Notes: generated by a model not told the origin, from the sequence alone. A stretch of DNA of 64,000 bases from Clostridia bacterium (GCA_017442265.1 JAFSAC010000048.1:1191-65190); one strand, 5' to 3'; shown: positions 18,077-27,945, numbered from the stretch's first letter. Numbers and translations: made by a program.

Positions 18077-18355
18077 ATGTACGAAGACAAGACTCTGGTG
18101 TGCAAAGAATGTGGCGCGGAGTTCGTGTTCACCGCCGGTGAGCAGGAGTTCTATGCCGAGAAAGGCTTTGTCAACGAGCCGCAGCGCTGCAAACCCTGCC
18201 GCGACGCGCGCAAGAACGCCGGCAGACCGGAACGCGAGATGTTTACCGCTATCTGTGCGAACTGCGGTAAAGAAGCGAAGGTCCCCTTCCAGCCGCGTGA
18301 GGATCGCCCGGTGTACTGCAGCGAGTGCTTTGCCCAGATGCGTGGCGAACAGTAA
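18077..18355 (+). CDS. Zinc-ribbon domain protein (two CxxC...CxxC units)
   Basis: MYEDKTLVCKECGAEFVFTAGEQEFY...CKPC and CANCGK...YCSEC. RBS GAGGGA precedes the ATG at 18077. Confidence 0.75.
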   Translation: MYEDKTLVCKECGAEFVFTAGEQEFYAEKGFVNEPQRCKPCRDARKNAGRPEREMFTAICANCGKEAKVPFQPREDRPVYCSECFAQMRGEQ

Positions 18356-18379
18356 TTAACGCTGTCAATCCGAGTCGAG

Positions 18380-18415
18380 ATCGCCTGTCCTTGTGGACGG
18401 GCGATTTTCCTTTTG
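18380..18415 (+). terminator. Rho-independent terminator
   Basis: atcgcctgtcc-ttgt-ggacgggcgat followed by tttccttttg. Confidence 0.75.
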
Positions 18416-18424
18416 TTAGGACGT

Positions 18425-18455
18425 AAAAAAGCACCCCGAGAGGGGTGCTTTTTTT
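18425..18455. terminator. Bidirectional terminator
   Basis: aaaaaa-gcacccc-gaga-ggggtgc-ttttttt. Confidence 0.85.
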
Positions 18456-18461
18456 ATATAT

Positions 18462-19301
18462 TTACGGATTTTCGGTGGTTTTCAGATCGGTGATCCAGCG
18501 GATGACGAGATCCGGCCAGGTGGTAACGGCCTCTGGACCGCCGCCGGTTTCAAAGGACGCGAGTGACAATCCGTGTCGTCCCTCCGGGAACAGGTGCATC
18601 TCGTAGGGAATGTGATTTTGCTGTAAAGCGGTCGCCATAAGCAGGGAGTTTTCCACCGGTACGGCGGCATCGGTCACCGTATGCCACAGGAAGGCGGGGA
18701 CGGTGTCGGCCGACACCTGCTTTTCAAGAGATACCTCTAAAAGTTTCTCCGGATCGTCCTTGCCGTCTAAGAGGAGATTGTCAAACGAGCCGCGGTGAGC
18801 GTATTCTCCCGAGGTGATGACCGGATAGGAAAGAATCATGCCGTTCGGACGGTGCTCGCCGTTGTGATAACCGAGGGCATTTTTGACGTAATCCCGGTTC
18901 CACAGGGTACCGAGCGAGCCGGCAAGATGCGCACCGGCGGAAAAGCCGATGATGAAAATCTTGTTCGGATCAATATCCCATTCTGCCGCGTGCTCACGCA
19001 CAGTAGCCACCGCCGTGGCCGCCTGCAACAGATGAGCGGGGAAGGGAAGCTGTTTAATGGAATAGGTGAGCACAAACGCCTGAAAACCGGCAGCGAGAAA
19101 CCGCCGGGCGATCGGCTCTGCTTCCCGGGAGGAACAAAATCCGTATCCGCCGCCGGGACAAACCACCACCGCCGGACGGCTCACAATCTTGTCCATTTCC
19201 CGCTCGTGGGTGATGACGTAGGTGGTAAGGGTCGCTTGTGCCGTGCCGGAAAGTCCCGCCGCCGCATAATCGATCGTTAAGGGGATATTTTGATGTAACA
19301 T
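18462..19301 (-). CDS. Alpha/beta hydrolase (esterase/lipase-like)
   Basis: GGGYGF oxyanion-type motif and nucleophile elbow GFSAGAH. Start moved to the ATG at 19301, 6 nt after GAGGTG. Confidence 0.82.
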   Translation of the reverse strand: MLHQNIPLTIDYAAAGLSGTAQATLTTYVITHEREMDKIVSRPAVVVCPGGGYGFCSSREAEPIARRFLAAGFQAFVLTYSIKQLPFPAHLLQAATAVATVREHAAEWDIDPNKIFIIGFSAGAHLAGSLGTLWNRDYVKNALGYHNGEHRPNGMILSYPVITSGEYAHRGSFDNLLLDGKDDPEKLLEVSLEKQVSADTVPAFLWHTVTDAAVPVENSLLMATALQQNHIPYEMHLFPEGRHGLSLASFETGGGPEAVTTWPDLVIRWITDLKTTENP

Positions 19302-19355
19302 AACAATCACCTCGGATAATTTCTACCAAAATTTTAGCATTACCGTGCGGACAAG

Positions 19356-21512
19356 TCAAGCATCCGCCGCTTTTTTGGGCGGCTTCATGGTAAGTCCGAT
19401 GCGGTTTTTCCGGGTGTCGACGTTCAGCACCCACACGGTCACGATATCCCCGACCTTCAGCACCTCCAGCGGATGCCGGATGAACCGGTCGGTGATCTGG
19501 GAAATGTGAACAAGGCCGTCCTGATGCACCCCGATATCAATAAAGGCGCCGAAATCAATGATGTTTCGGACCGTGCCGGTGAGTTGCATACCGGGGGTGA
19601 GGTCCTTGATATCCAGAATGTCGGTGCGAAGCAACGGCGGCGGAAGCTGGTCGCGGGGATCCCGCCCCGGCCGCTGTAATTCCTCCGCAATATCGTGTAA
19701 GGTCGGAACCCCCACCCCGATTGCGGCGGCGATTTTTTCATCCTCGCCGTTTTTCAGCTTGTCGGAGAGGATAGCGGCGCTGTCCGGCAAGCCGTTACCG
19801 TCGATCCCGCACAGCTTTAATAACGCTTTGGTGGCGGGATAGCTTTCCGGGTGAACGGCGGTGCGATCCAGCATCTCCCGGCTGTCCGGGATACGCAAAA
19901 ATCCGGCCGCCTGTTCAAAGGTTTTGGGTCCCAGTTTTTTCACCTTTTTGAGTTGGTTTCTGGTTTCAAACGGTCCGTTTTCCTCCCGATAGGCGACGAT
20001 GTTCGCCGCAATGGAGGCGGATAATCCCGAAATGCGGGTAAGGAGAGGAGCGGATGCGGTGTTGAGGTCCACCCCGACCTGGTTTACGCAGGATTCCACC
20101 ACCCCGTCTAACGCCCCGGACAGTTGTGCCTGCGGCATATCGTGTTGATACTGACCCACCCCGATAGATTTCGGGTCGATCTTTACGAGTTCGGCGAGCG
20201 GGTCCTGTAACCGTCGGGCAATGGACACCGCACTGCGAAGGGACACGTCGTAGTCGGGGAATTCCTCGGCGGCGAGTTTGGAAGCGGAATAAACCGATGC
20301 TCCTGCTTCGCTTACCACCATATAGGATACCGGACGGGATACCGTTTTCAGCAGGTCGGCGACAAACACCTCGGTTTCGTGGGAGGCGGTGCCGTTGCCG
20401 ATGGCAATAATATCCACCCTGTATTTCTCGATCCAGCCGGCAACGATCTTTTTGGCTTCTTCGATCTTGTTAAACGGCGGGACCGGGTAGATGACCCCGG
20501 TTTGAAGCACCCGGCCGATCCCGTCCACCACCGCCGCTTTACAGCCGTTGCGGTAGCCGGGGTCAAGTCCTAAGGTGATCCTGCCGCGGATCGGCGGTTG
20601 CATCAACAGTTGCCGCAGATTTTCCGAAAACACCCGGATAGCGGCGGTGGATGCGGTATCGGTCAAATCAGAACGGATCTCCCGCTCAAGCGAGGGAAAC
20701 AACAGCCGATCGTACGCATCCTCTGCGGCGGCACGCACCAGGGCGGTGGCAGGGCTGTCCCCTTTGAGATGTACCGAATACAAAACGTTCAGCGCCCGGG
20801 CGGGTTCCATACCCACCGACACCTTCAAAAAGCCCTCCCGCTCTCCGCGGTTGATCGCCAGTACCCGATGTCCGGCCACCCGGCGGAGCGGTTCTTTATA
20901 ATCGTAGTAGGGCTTGTATACGCTGTCCTCTTCTCCGGTCGCTTTGGAAACAAGCTCTCCGTTCAAGGTGAGGATATTGCGCAGGCGCTTACGCACGGCG
21001 GCATCATCCGAAATGGTCTCAGCGATGATGTCCATAGCCCCCTGCAGCGCCGCCTCGGTATCCGGCACCTCGTCGGTGATAAACTCTCCCGCCAGCACGG
21101 TCGGATCGGGGTCGTTCGGATTTTGACCGTAGATCCGGTCGGCAAGCGGCCCTAACCCCTTTTCCCGTGCCATGGAAGCCCGGGTGCGCCGCTTGGGACG
21201 GTAGGGGCGGTAGATATCTTCAATTTCGGTGAGGGTGGCGGCGGCGTCGAGGGCAGAGGACAGCTCCTCGGTGAGCACCTCTTGCTCCACAAGGGCGGCG
21301 CGCACCCGCTCCCGCTCCTCCTCTAAATGACGCAGGTAGGCAAGTCGCTCAGCAAGCTCCCGGATCACCTGATCGTCGAGAGAGCCGGTCATTTCCTTCC
21401 GGTAGCGGGCGATAAAGGGGACGGTACAGCCGTCGTCCAGTAATTTCACGGTATTTTCGGTTTGTTCCCGGCGCAGATGAAACTCCCGGGTGAGGGTGTC
21501 TAAAATGTTCAT
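19356..21512 (-). CDS. tex: Tex family transcription accessory protein (S1 RNA-binding domain)
   Basis: VPFIARYRKE, a YqgF/RuvC-like core, HhH, and a C-terminal S1 domain (GTVRNIIDFGAFIDIG). Start is either 21512 (GGAG 5 nt upstream) or 21527 (ATGA overlap with the upstream gene). Confidence 0.9.
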   Translation of the reverse strand: MNILDTLTREFHLRREQTENTVKLLDDGCTVPFIARYRKEMTGSLDDQVIRELAERLAYLRHLEEERERVRAALVEQEVLTEELSSALDAAATLTEIEDIYRPYRPKRRTRASMAREKGLGPLADRIYGQNPNDPDPTVLAGEFITDEVPDTEAALQGAMDIIAETISDDAAVRKRLRNILTLNGELVSKATGEEDSVYKPYYDYKEPLRRVAGHRVLAINRGEREGFLKVSVGMEPARALNVLYSVHLKGDSPATALVRAAAEDAYDRLLFPSLEREIRSDLTDTASTAAIRVFSENLRQLLMQPPIRGRITLGLDPGYRNGCKAAVVDGIGRVLQTGVIYPVPPFNKIEEAKKIVAGWIEKYRVDIIAIGNGTASHETEVFVADLLKTVSRPVSYMVVSEAGASVYSASKLAAEEFPDYDVSLRSAVSIARRLQDPLAELVKIDPKSIGVGQYQHDMPQAQLSGALDGVVESCVNQVGVDLNTASAPLLTRISGLSASIAANIVAYREENGPFETRNQLKKVKKLGPKTFEQAAGFLRIPDSREMLDRTAVHPESYPATKALLKLCGIDGNGLPDSAAILSDKLKNGEDEKIAAAIGVGVPTLHDIAEELQRPGRDPRDQLPPPLLRTDILDIKDLTPGMQLTGTVRNIIDFGAFIDIGVHQDGLVHISQITDRFIRHPLEVLKVGDIVTVWVLNVDTRKNRIGLTMKPPKKAADA

Positions 21513-21523
21513 AGTTTCTCCAT

Positions 21524-21862
21524 TCATTTCCGATAATAAGCGTAGTAGCAGATAATGGTGTCGTCCCGGTCAATTAGTTGATTATACCCCTGAAACATCA
21601 CCCCGTTGAGCGACATCAATTCCCCGCAACTTACCGTTTCGGGATGATCGTTGAGGAACACCTCGGTATCTCCCGCCATTAACCGCACCTGCCCGCTGGC
21701 GGTCATGATCCGCCCGCCCTTGCCGAGCACCTGTTCGGCGGGACCGCTCCCGCTTTGGTTACGGCGCACCACGTAATGCAGTTCCCGTCCGTCCAGCCGG
21801 CGCAGAAATTCTTCCTTTTCCTGCTGCTGTTTTTTCTGACGTTTGTTTGAAAAGAGACCCAT
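21524..21862 (-). CDS. Hypothetical protein (112 aa), coupled to tex
   Basis: Lys/Gln-rich N-terminus followed by a compact domain. RBS AAAGGAGGGA. I recognise no family. Confidence 0.55.
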   Translation of the reverse strand: MGLFSNKRQKKQQQEKEEFLRRLDGRELHYVVRRNQSGSGPAEQVLGKGGRIMTASGQVRLMAGDTEVFLNDHPETVSCGELMSLNGVMFQGYNQLIDRDDTIICYYAYYRK

Positions 21863-21934
21863 AGGTCATCCCTCCTTTTATGGTTCTATTTTACTGGTTT
21901 GACGGTATCTTTGTCAATGAAATTTCGGTGCCAC

Positions 21935-21963
21935 TTGCTTTTTTGCGGATAAAAGCGTACAAT
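21935..21963 (+). promoter_or_regulatory. Predicted sigma-A promoter of the flippase/LtaS-like operon
   Basis: TTGCTT (21935-21940), 17-nt spacer, TACAAT (21958-21963). Confidence 0.45.
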
Positions 21964-21983
21964 AAGAATAATTGTGATTATAG

Positions 21984-22044
21984 TTAGCCAAAGCATTCAA
22001 ACCCGTATTACAAAATCTGATTCGGGTTTAAATGCTTTGGCTAA
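21984..22044 (+). repeat. 22-bp inverted repeat (one mismatch) with a 17-nt loop in the flippase 5' UTR
   Basis: ttagccaaagcattcaaacccg (21984-22005) and cgggtttaaatgctttggctaa (22023-22044). There is no T-run on either side, so it is not a terminator. The right arm abuts the RBS. Confidence 0.8.
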
Positions 22045-22059
22045 GGAAAGGTCGATACC

Positions 22060-23466
22060 GTGAACCGTTATAAAAAACTGTTTTCTACCACCTTTATATT
22101 GGGACTCGGCACCTTCGGCTCCAAGATTTTAACCTTTTTGTTGGTGCCGCTGTATACCCACGTGCTCACCCAGGGGGAATACGGTATTGTCGATCTGCTG
22201 GTGCAGGCGGCAAACCTGCTGATTCCGCTCGTGTCTTTTGGTATCAATGAAGCGATCCTGCGTTTCGGTATTGACGGCGAGACCGATCACCGATCGGTAT
22301 TCACCACCGGCTTTACCACCATTTTTATCGGCTTTGGGGTGTTTTGTTTAGCGTATCCGCTGGTCAAGTTTATCCCCGGCACCGAAGGGTATCTTATCTG
22401 GATCTATCCTTTTGTGCTCTGCTCGATGCTCCATTATCTCTGTGCCCGGTTCACGAAAGCACTCGGTCACGTTCGCCTGTTTGCGGTGAGCGGGGTGCTG
22501 GGAACGGTGTTGGTGCTGGGACTGGACCTGCTGTTTTTACTGGTATTTGAATGGGGGATCGTCGGGTATATTCTCGCTATCCTCCTGTCCGACGTCGGCA
22601 CCATTTTGTTTTTGGTGTTTGCGGCGAAACTGTACCGCTATCTGCGGTTTTCTTACCTCAAAAAGACGGTGTGGAAAGCGATGCTTCGCTATTCGGTACC
22701 GCTCATTCCCACCACCGTATTGTGGTGGATCACCGACGTGTGTGACCGGTATACCGTTCAGCTGATGATCGGGCCGGAAGCCAACGGTCTTTATGCGGTC
22801 GCCCATAAGGTGCCGACCATTATGATCCTTTTGTGCGGCATCTTTATGGATGCATGGCAGTTGTCGGTATTATCCGAAAAAAGCCGGCTGGAACGCCAGC
22901 ATTTCTTCACCCGGGTCTTTTCGATGTACCAGTCGGTCATTTTCCTGTCTGCCTCCGGACTGATCGTGTTTTCGAAGGTGATCACCAAAATTCTGGTCGC
23001 CCCCGCTTTCTACGATTCGTGGCAGTATATTCCGCTGCTCATCATCTCCACCGCCTTCTCGTGTCTTGTGACCTTCCTGGGGTCGATCTACGTGGTGGAA
23101 AAGAAAAGCCGCAGTACCCTGTGGACCACGGTGGTGGGTGCGGTGTTTAACGTGATCGGCAACATCCTGTTGGTCCCGCACCTCGGGGTGCAGGGCGCGG
23201 CGCTGTCCACCGCCCTTTCCTACGGTTTGGTATTTCTTATCCGTGCCATTCACAGCCGCCGGATGATCCCGATCGGGTGGGATATGCCTCGCTTTGTGTT
23301 TAATCTTTTGGCGGTGAGCGTGCAGACGGCGGTGATGATCGCCGAATGCCGTGGCTGGATAGTGATTGAGGGCATTTTGCTCGCTGTTTTGTTGGTTGTC
23401 AACTTTAAAACCCTGTGGCAGGCGGTACTGCAACTTGTTTCCCACAAAAAAGGCACCGCCGCCTGA
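22060..23466 (+). CDS. Polysaccharide/oligosaccharide flippase (MOP/Wzx-type, about 12-14 TM)
   Basis: GTG start. N-terminus KKLFSTTFILGLGTFGSKILTFLLVPLYT and the polytopic membrane profile are typical of Wzx-like flippases. Confidence 0.82.
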   Translation: MNRYKKLFSTTFILGLGTFGSKILTFLLVPLYTHVLTQGEYGIVDLLVQAANLLIPLVSFGINEAILRFGIDGETDHRSVFTTGFTTIFIGFGVFCLAYPLVKFIPGTEGYLIWIYPFVLCSMLHYLCARFTKALGHVRLFAVSGVLGTVLVLGLDLLFLLVFEWGIVGYILAILLSDVGTILFLVFAAKLYRYLRFSYLKKTVWKAMLRYSVPLIPTTVLWWITDVCDRYTVQLMIGPEANGLYAVAHKVPTIMILLCGIFMDAWQLSVLSEKSRLERQHFFTRVFSMYQSVIFLSASGLIVFSKVITKILVAPAFYDSWQYIPLLIISTAFSCLVTFLGSIYVVEKKSRSTLWTTVVGAVFNVIGNILLVPHLGVQGAALSTALSYGLVFLIRAIHSRRMIPIGWDMPRFVFNLLAVSVQTAVMIAECRGWIVIEGILLAVLLVVNFKTLWQAVLQLVSHKKGTAA

Positions 23467-23499
23467 TGCTTCTCGTTGCCGGAAAGGAGGGATCCACCT

Positions 23500-25605
23500 G
23501 TGAAAGCCGGCCGGTTTTTTCAAAAACATTTTGATATCACCTATTCCCGCCGCTCCTGTATTGCCGGCGGGGCGGTCGCTGTGCTCCTTTTGGGACTGAC
23601 GATCGGTTTTCACGGTTTGTGGCTGAATGAGGACTTTACCCTTCGTGGGCTGTTGTTTGCCGGTTGTCTTTTGCTGTGCCTCATCATCGGAAGCGGTATT
23701 GCTTTTCGCATTCGGTTAAAGGAAAAGGCGGCACAGCAATGCACGGAAGTCGCCCTCTTTTTCCTGCTTCCGATCGTGACGATCACCATGTCCGAAGCGC
23801 TGTGCGGGGTGTTCACCTACGATATGACCTACGAGGGCTTTCGGTATAATTACGTACTGATTTTGATGCTCTCCGGCCTCATTTTTGCGCTGTCCGGCAG
23901 TTTGAAACTTCCGGTACTGATCTTAAATCCACTCATTTTTGCCTTGTCGCTCACCAACCACCTGATGATGGAATTCCGCGGCACCCCGTTTGTGCCGATG
24001 GACTTTTTGAGCATTACCCTCGCGGACACCATTCTGGCGGAGTATACTTACCGCCTGAATTACCAGATATTCAGCGCCGCTCTGCTTCTTATCTTTATGA
24101 TCGTGGTCGGCGTTCGGTTGCGCACCCCCTCTTTCCGGCTGATCACCCGGATCATCTCCCGGGTGGCGACCGGAGTGGTGGTGGTTGTGATGATGCTTCT
24201 TTTCTTCCTCACCTCCGCTTTTTCGGGAGTGAAGGGGATCGCTCCCGACTTCTGGAACCAGTCCCGCGGGTATCGGAACTACGGCTTTTTGTATAGCTTT
24301 TTTATCAATGCGAAATATCTCTACGTGTTAGAACCCAGTGGATATGATCCCGATTTGGTAGAGAAATATATGGAGGACACCCTTGCCGGCGCCGAAAAGG
24401 ACACCCCCTCGGAGGTTCAGCCGGACGTCATCTGCATTATGAACGAGTCGCTGGCTGACCTGTCGGTGTTGGGCGAGTTTTCGACCAATCAGGAATGTTT
24501 GCCGTTTATCTCCTCCCTGCGGGAAAACACCGTGCGCGGTAATTTGTACGTGCCGGTGATCGGCGCCGGGACCTCTAATACCGAATTTGAATTTTTGACC
24601 GGAAACAGTATGGCGTTTCTCCCCTCCGGGAGCAACGCATATGTGCTGTATGCCAATAAACAGGTGCCGACCATTGCCCACTTGATGACCGCCAATGATT
24701 ATTCGGTCACCGCGATGCACCCGTACTACGCCCGTGGGTGGAACCGCAACCGGGTGTATACCAATTTAGGGCTTGACCTCTTTTATTCGATTGAGGATCT
24801 GCTCGATATGGATATTTTCCGTACCTATCAGCAGGAGGGTGCGGGGGACATCAACTATTTAGGGGCACTTATGGAAGCGGCGTATCCCGGCGAAAACGTA
24901 CTGCTCCGCCAGTACGTGTCCGACCGGTATAACTACCGGGTCATTTTAGAGGAATACGAAAACCGCGAGCCGGACAAACCCTTTTTCTTCTTTAACGTGA
25001 CCATGCAGAACCACGGCGGTTACCGTAAGGATGCGGACAACTTTGACCAGACGGTGTGGCTCACCGACCCCGATATGAACTATCCCGAAACCGATCGGTT
25101 TTTATCCTTGATGAAGCACAGTGACGAGGCGTTTGAAGAGCTGGTTCATTATTTTGAACAGGTGGATCGCCCGGTGGTCATCTGTATGTTCGGGGATCAT
25201 CAGCCGGCGATCGAGGAAGATTTCGTGGCTCAGGTGTTGGGGGCCGATCTTGGCTGGCTGTCGCTGAAACAACAGCAGGACCGTCATATCACCCCGTTCC
25301 TCATTTGGGCGAATTACGATATTGAGGAACAGGAGATCGAGCGGTTAAGCGCCAATTACCTGTCCAGCTTACTGCTCAAAACCGCCGGTCTGCCGATGAC
25401 CGAATACAATCGGTATCTCTTGAAACTGTCCGAAACCTTACCGGTCATCAACACGGTGGGGTATATTGATGCAGATGGTGAGTATTACGATTGGAACGAG
25501 CCCTCGCCGTACAGCGGGTTGTTGGAGCAATACCGGCGGATTCAGTATAACGTGCTGCTGGATCGGGACAACCGACAGGACCACCTGTTTACCGTCACCC
25601 CATAA
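23500..25605 (+). CDS. LTA synthase family protein (membrane-anchored sulfatase-fold phosphoglycerol/polyol-phosphate transferase)
   Basis: N-terminal multi-TM region plus an extracellular sulfatase-like domain (ICIMNESL...GAGTSNTEFEFLTG...MFGDHQP). Start set at the GTG at 23500, 8 nt after AAAGGAGGG. Confidence 0.82.
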   Translation: MKAGRFFQKHFDITYSRRSCIAGGAVAVLLLGLTIGFHGLWLNEDFTLRGLLFAGCLLLCLIIGSGIAFRIRLKEKAAQQCTEVALFFLLPIVTITMSEALCGVFTYDMTYEGFRYNYVLILMLSGLIFALSGSLKLPVLILNPLIFALSLTNHLMMEFRGTPFVPMDFLSITLADTILAEYTYRLNYQIFSAALLLIFMIVVGVRLRTPSFRLITRIISRVATGVVVVVMMLLFFLTSAFSGVKGIAPDFWNQSRGYRNYGFLYSFFINAKYLYVLEPSGYDPDLVEKYMEDTLAGAEKDTPSEVQPDVICIMNESLADLSVLGEFSTNQECLPFISSLRENTVRGNLYVPVIGAGTSNTEFEFLTGNSMAFLPSGSNAYVLYANKQVPTIAHLMTANDYSVTAMHPYYARGWNRNRVYTNLGLDLFYSIEDLLDMDIFRTYQQEGAGDINYLGALMEAAYPGENVLLRQYVSDRYNYRVILEEYENREPDKPFFFFNVTMQNHGGYRKDADNFDQTVWLTDPDMNYPETDRFLSLMKHSDEAFEELVHYFEQVDRPVVICMFGDHQPAIEEDFVAQVLGADLGWLSLKQQQDRHITPFLIWANYDIEEQEIERLSANYLSSLLLKTAGLPMTEYNRYLLKLSETLPVINTVGYIDADGEYYDWNEPSPYSGLLEQYRRIQYNVLLDRDNRQDHLFTVTP

Positions 25606-25615
25606 TGAGTATAAG

Positions 25616-25650
25616 AAAAGACCTCCGGGTAGATGCCCGGAGGTCTTTTT
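25616..25650. terminator. Bidirectional terminator between convergent operons
   Basis: agacctccggg-tagatg-cccggaggtct with flanking A and T runs. Confidence 0.85.
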
Positions 25651-25660
25651 ATTTCTTGTA

Positions 25661-26722
25661 TCAGCGGCCGGCCTTGAGTTTTGCGAAGGTTTTGACACTC
25701 TTGCGGCGGATCGCCGAGATGAACACGCCTTCCCAGTAGGTGAGGGTCGCATTTTTCCAACGGATCGGGATGAGCATCACCTTCATATAGGAGGACTGCG
25801 GCTTCATCACCGGCAGGAGGGAGATGACCTTTTCATCGGTGATAATCCGGCGGATCTCTGCGATCTTTTCCCGGCGGGAGAGGGTGCAGGCGGGATTGGC
25901 GACGTTTTCGATACAGCCGATCACCCGCTCGATGTACCGACGGGCGACAAACTCGCGGCTGTTTTCATCGCTGACCTGCCAATAGTTGTACAGGTCCACC
26001 ATCCACTGATGCTCTTCCCCACGCTTGTCGTACATATCCGCACGGTATTTGGCGGTTTCACTCTCGGCGCGGGCGCGCATAAAGTGGTAGTATTTTTTAT
26101 CCGACACGGTCACCCGCTCGATATCTCGCACCACCGACAGGTTGAAGGGGAAATCGTCCCAGAAGGTATCGGAGAACCGCAGGTTGTTTTCCCGGATATA
26201 ATCCCCGTCGTACAGCTTGTTCCACGGGGTGTATAACAGGTTGCGGTCAAACAGCAGGTAGGCATTTTCACGGAACGCCTGCTGACTGGGATAGGTCACA
26301 CTGGGAGCCACCTGCTCCTGGGTGACGTACTCGGTATCGCTGTAATAGGTGTCGATGTAGTAGCCGGTCACCACCAACTGAGCATTGGTGGATTCCGCCA
26401 GCGCCACCATATCTTCGAGCATGGTCGGCTCCGCCCAATCGTCCGAGTCCATAAAATAATAGTATTTTCCCCGGGCGATCTCCATAGCGGCATTCCGTGC
26501 AGAAGGGGCGCCGCCGTTTTCCTTATGTATCACGGTCAGGCGCGGATCCTTTTCGGCATACTGATCGCAGATTTCTCCACTGCGATCCTTTGTGCCGTCG
26601 TCTACGATGAGAAATTCAAAATCGGTGAGGGTCTGCGCCTGGATGCTTTCGATCGCTTTGCCGACGAATTTTTCCACGCCGTACACCGGCATAATGACCG
26701 AAACCTTAACTTGATCGGACAT
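25661..26722 (-). CDS. Glycosyltransferase family 2
   Basis: VSVIMPVYGVEKFVGKAIESIQAQTLTDFEFLIVDDGTKD and a DSDD motif. Start set at the ATG at 26722 (RBS AAGGAAG), 4 nt after the glf stop. Confidence 0.85.
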   Translation of the reverse strand: MSDQVKVSVIMPVYGVEKFVGKAIESIQAQTLTDFEFLIVDDGTKDRSGEICDQYAEKDPRLTVIHKENGGAPSARNAAMEIARGKYYYFMDSDDWAEPTMLEDMVALAESTNAQLVVTGYYIDTYYSDTEYVTQEQVAPSVTYPSQQAFRENAYLLFDRNLLYTPWNKLYDGDYIRENNLRFSDTFWDDFPFNLSVVRDIERVTVSDKKYYHFMRARAESETAKYRADMYDKRGEEHQWMVDLYNYWQVSDENSREFVARRYIERVIGCIENVANPACTLSRREKIAEIRRIITDEKVISLLPVMKPQSSYMKVMLIPIRWKNATLTYWEGVFISAIRRKSVKTFAKLKAGR

Positions 26723-26726
26723 ACCT

Positions 26727-27830
26727 TTATACTTCCTTTCCGAAGAGGGCATCGGTCACTTCCAGCGCCGACGCGATCACCTTATCCATATCGTAATAGC
26801 GGTATTCCGCCAACCGTCCGCCGAAAATGGTGGACTCTTTTTCCGCGAGCGCCTGATACTGGGCATACAGATTCTGGTTGCGCTCGTTGTTAATGGGATA
26901 ATACGGCTCTTCTCCCTCGCGCGGGGTCAAGGGGAATTCCCGGGTGATGACCGTTTTCGGCTGATCCCCGAACACGAAATGCTTGTGTTCGATCACGCGG
27001 GTGTAGGGGGTCCAGCGGTCGGTGTAGTTCATCACTGCGACACCCTGGTAGTTAGGCATGTCCACCACTTCGGTCTCAAATTTCAGACCGCGGTATTCCA
27101 GCCGTCCGTAGCAATAGTTGAAGTAGGAATCAATGGTGCCGGTGTATACCACCCGGTCGGCCAGCTTTTCCAACTCCTCCCGCTGCTCGTTAAAGTCGAC
27201 GTTCAGGCGGACTTCCACCCCTTCTAACAGGCGATCGATCAGATCGTTGTACCCTTTGATCGGGATACCCTGGTAAGGATCGTCAAAATAGTTGTTGTCG
27301 TAGGTGAAACGAACCGGCAACCGCCGGATGATGAAGGCGGGCAGTTCCCGACAGCTCCGGCCCCACTGCTTCTCGGTGTAGCCGCGTACCAGCTTTTCGT
27401 AAATATCCCGTCCGACCAGACTGATTGCCTGCTCTTCCAGGTTCTGCGGTTCGCTGGTGATCTGCGCCCGCTGGGTTTCGATCCGCATTGCCGCTTCCTC
27501 GGGGGTGATGACACCCCACATCTGGTGGAAGGTATTCATATTAAACGGCATATTGTAAAGCCGTCCGTGGAAATTCGCCAGCGGCGAATTGGTGTACCGG
27601 TTAAACTCGGTGAGGGCATTGACGTAATCCCATACCCGCTTGTTGCTGGTATGGAAAATATGCGCGCCGTACTTGTGTACGATGATATCTTCGATCTTAT
27701 CACAATAAATGTTACCGCCGGTATGATCCCGTTTTTCAACAACGAGACAGGTCTTTCCGTGCTTCATCGCTTCGTGTGCGAAAACCGAACCGAAAAGACC
27801 GCTACCGACGATCAGATAATCATATTTCAT
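26727..27830 (-). CDS. glf: UDP-galactopyranose mutase
   Basis: YDYLIVGSGLFGSVFAHE (FAD fold) ... GGNIYC ... HKYGAHIFHT ... GRLAEYRYYDMD. Confidence 0.95.
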   Translation of the reverse strand: MKYDYLIVGSGLFGSVFAHEAMKHGKTCLVVEKRDHTGGNIYCDKIEDIIVHKYGAHIFHTSNKRVWDYVNALTEFNRYTNSPLANFHGRLYNMPFNMNTFHQMWGVITPEEAAMRIETQRAQITSEPQNLEEQAISLVGRDIYEKLVRGYTEKQWGRSCRELPAFIIRRLPVRFTYDNNYFDDPYQGIPIKGYNDLIDRLLEGVEVRLNVDFNEQREELEKLADRVVYTGTIDSYFNYCYGRLEYRGLKFETEVVDMPNYQGVAVMNYTDRWTPYTRVIEHKHFVFGDQPKTVITREFPLTPREGEEPYYPINNERNQNLYAQYQALAEKESTIFGGRLAEYRYYDMDKVIASALEVTDALFGKEV

Positions 27831-27916
27831 GGTTTATCGTCCTCCTGGTGGGGCAAACGGTGTGCCCGCATCTCATTTTCACACGATCCCAATTTATTTT
27901 TCCTTGAACGACATTC

Positions 27917-27945
27917 AGTATACACGATTTTTCGCCTTTTGTCAA
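27917..27945 (-). promoter_or_regulatory. Predicted sigma-A promoter of glf-GT2
   Basis: On the minus strand: TTGACA (rc of 27940-27945), 17-nt spacer, TATACT (rc of 27917-27922). Confidence 0.55.
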
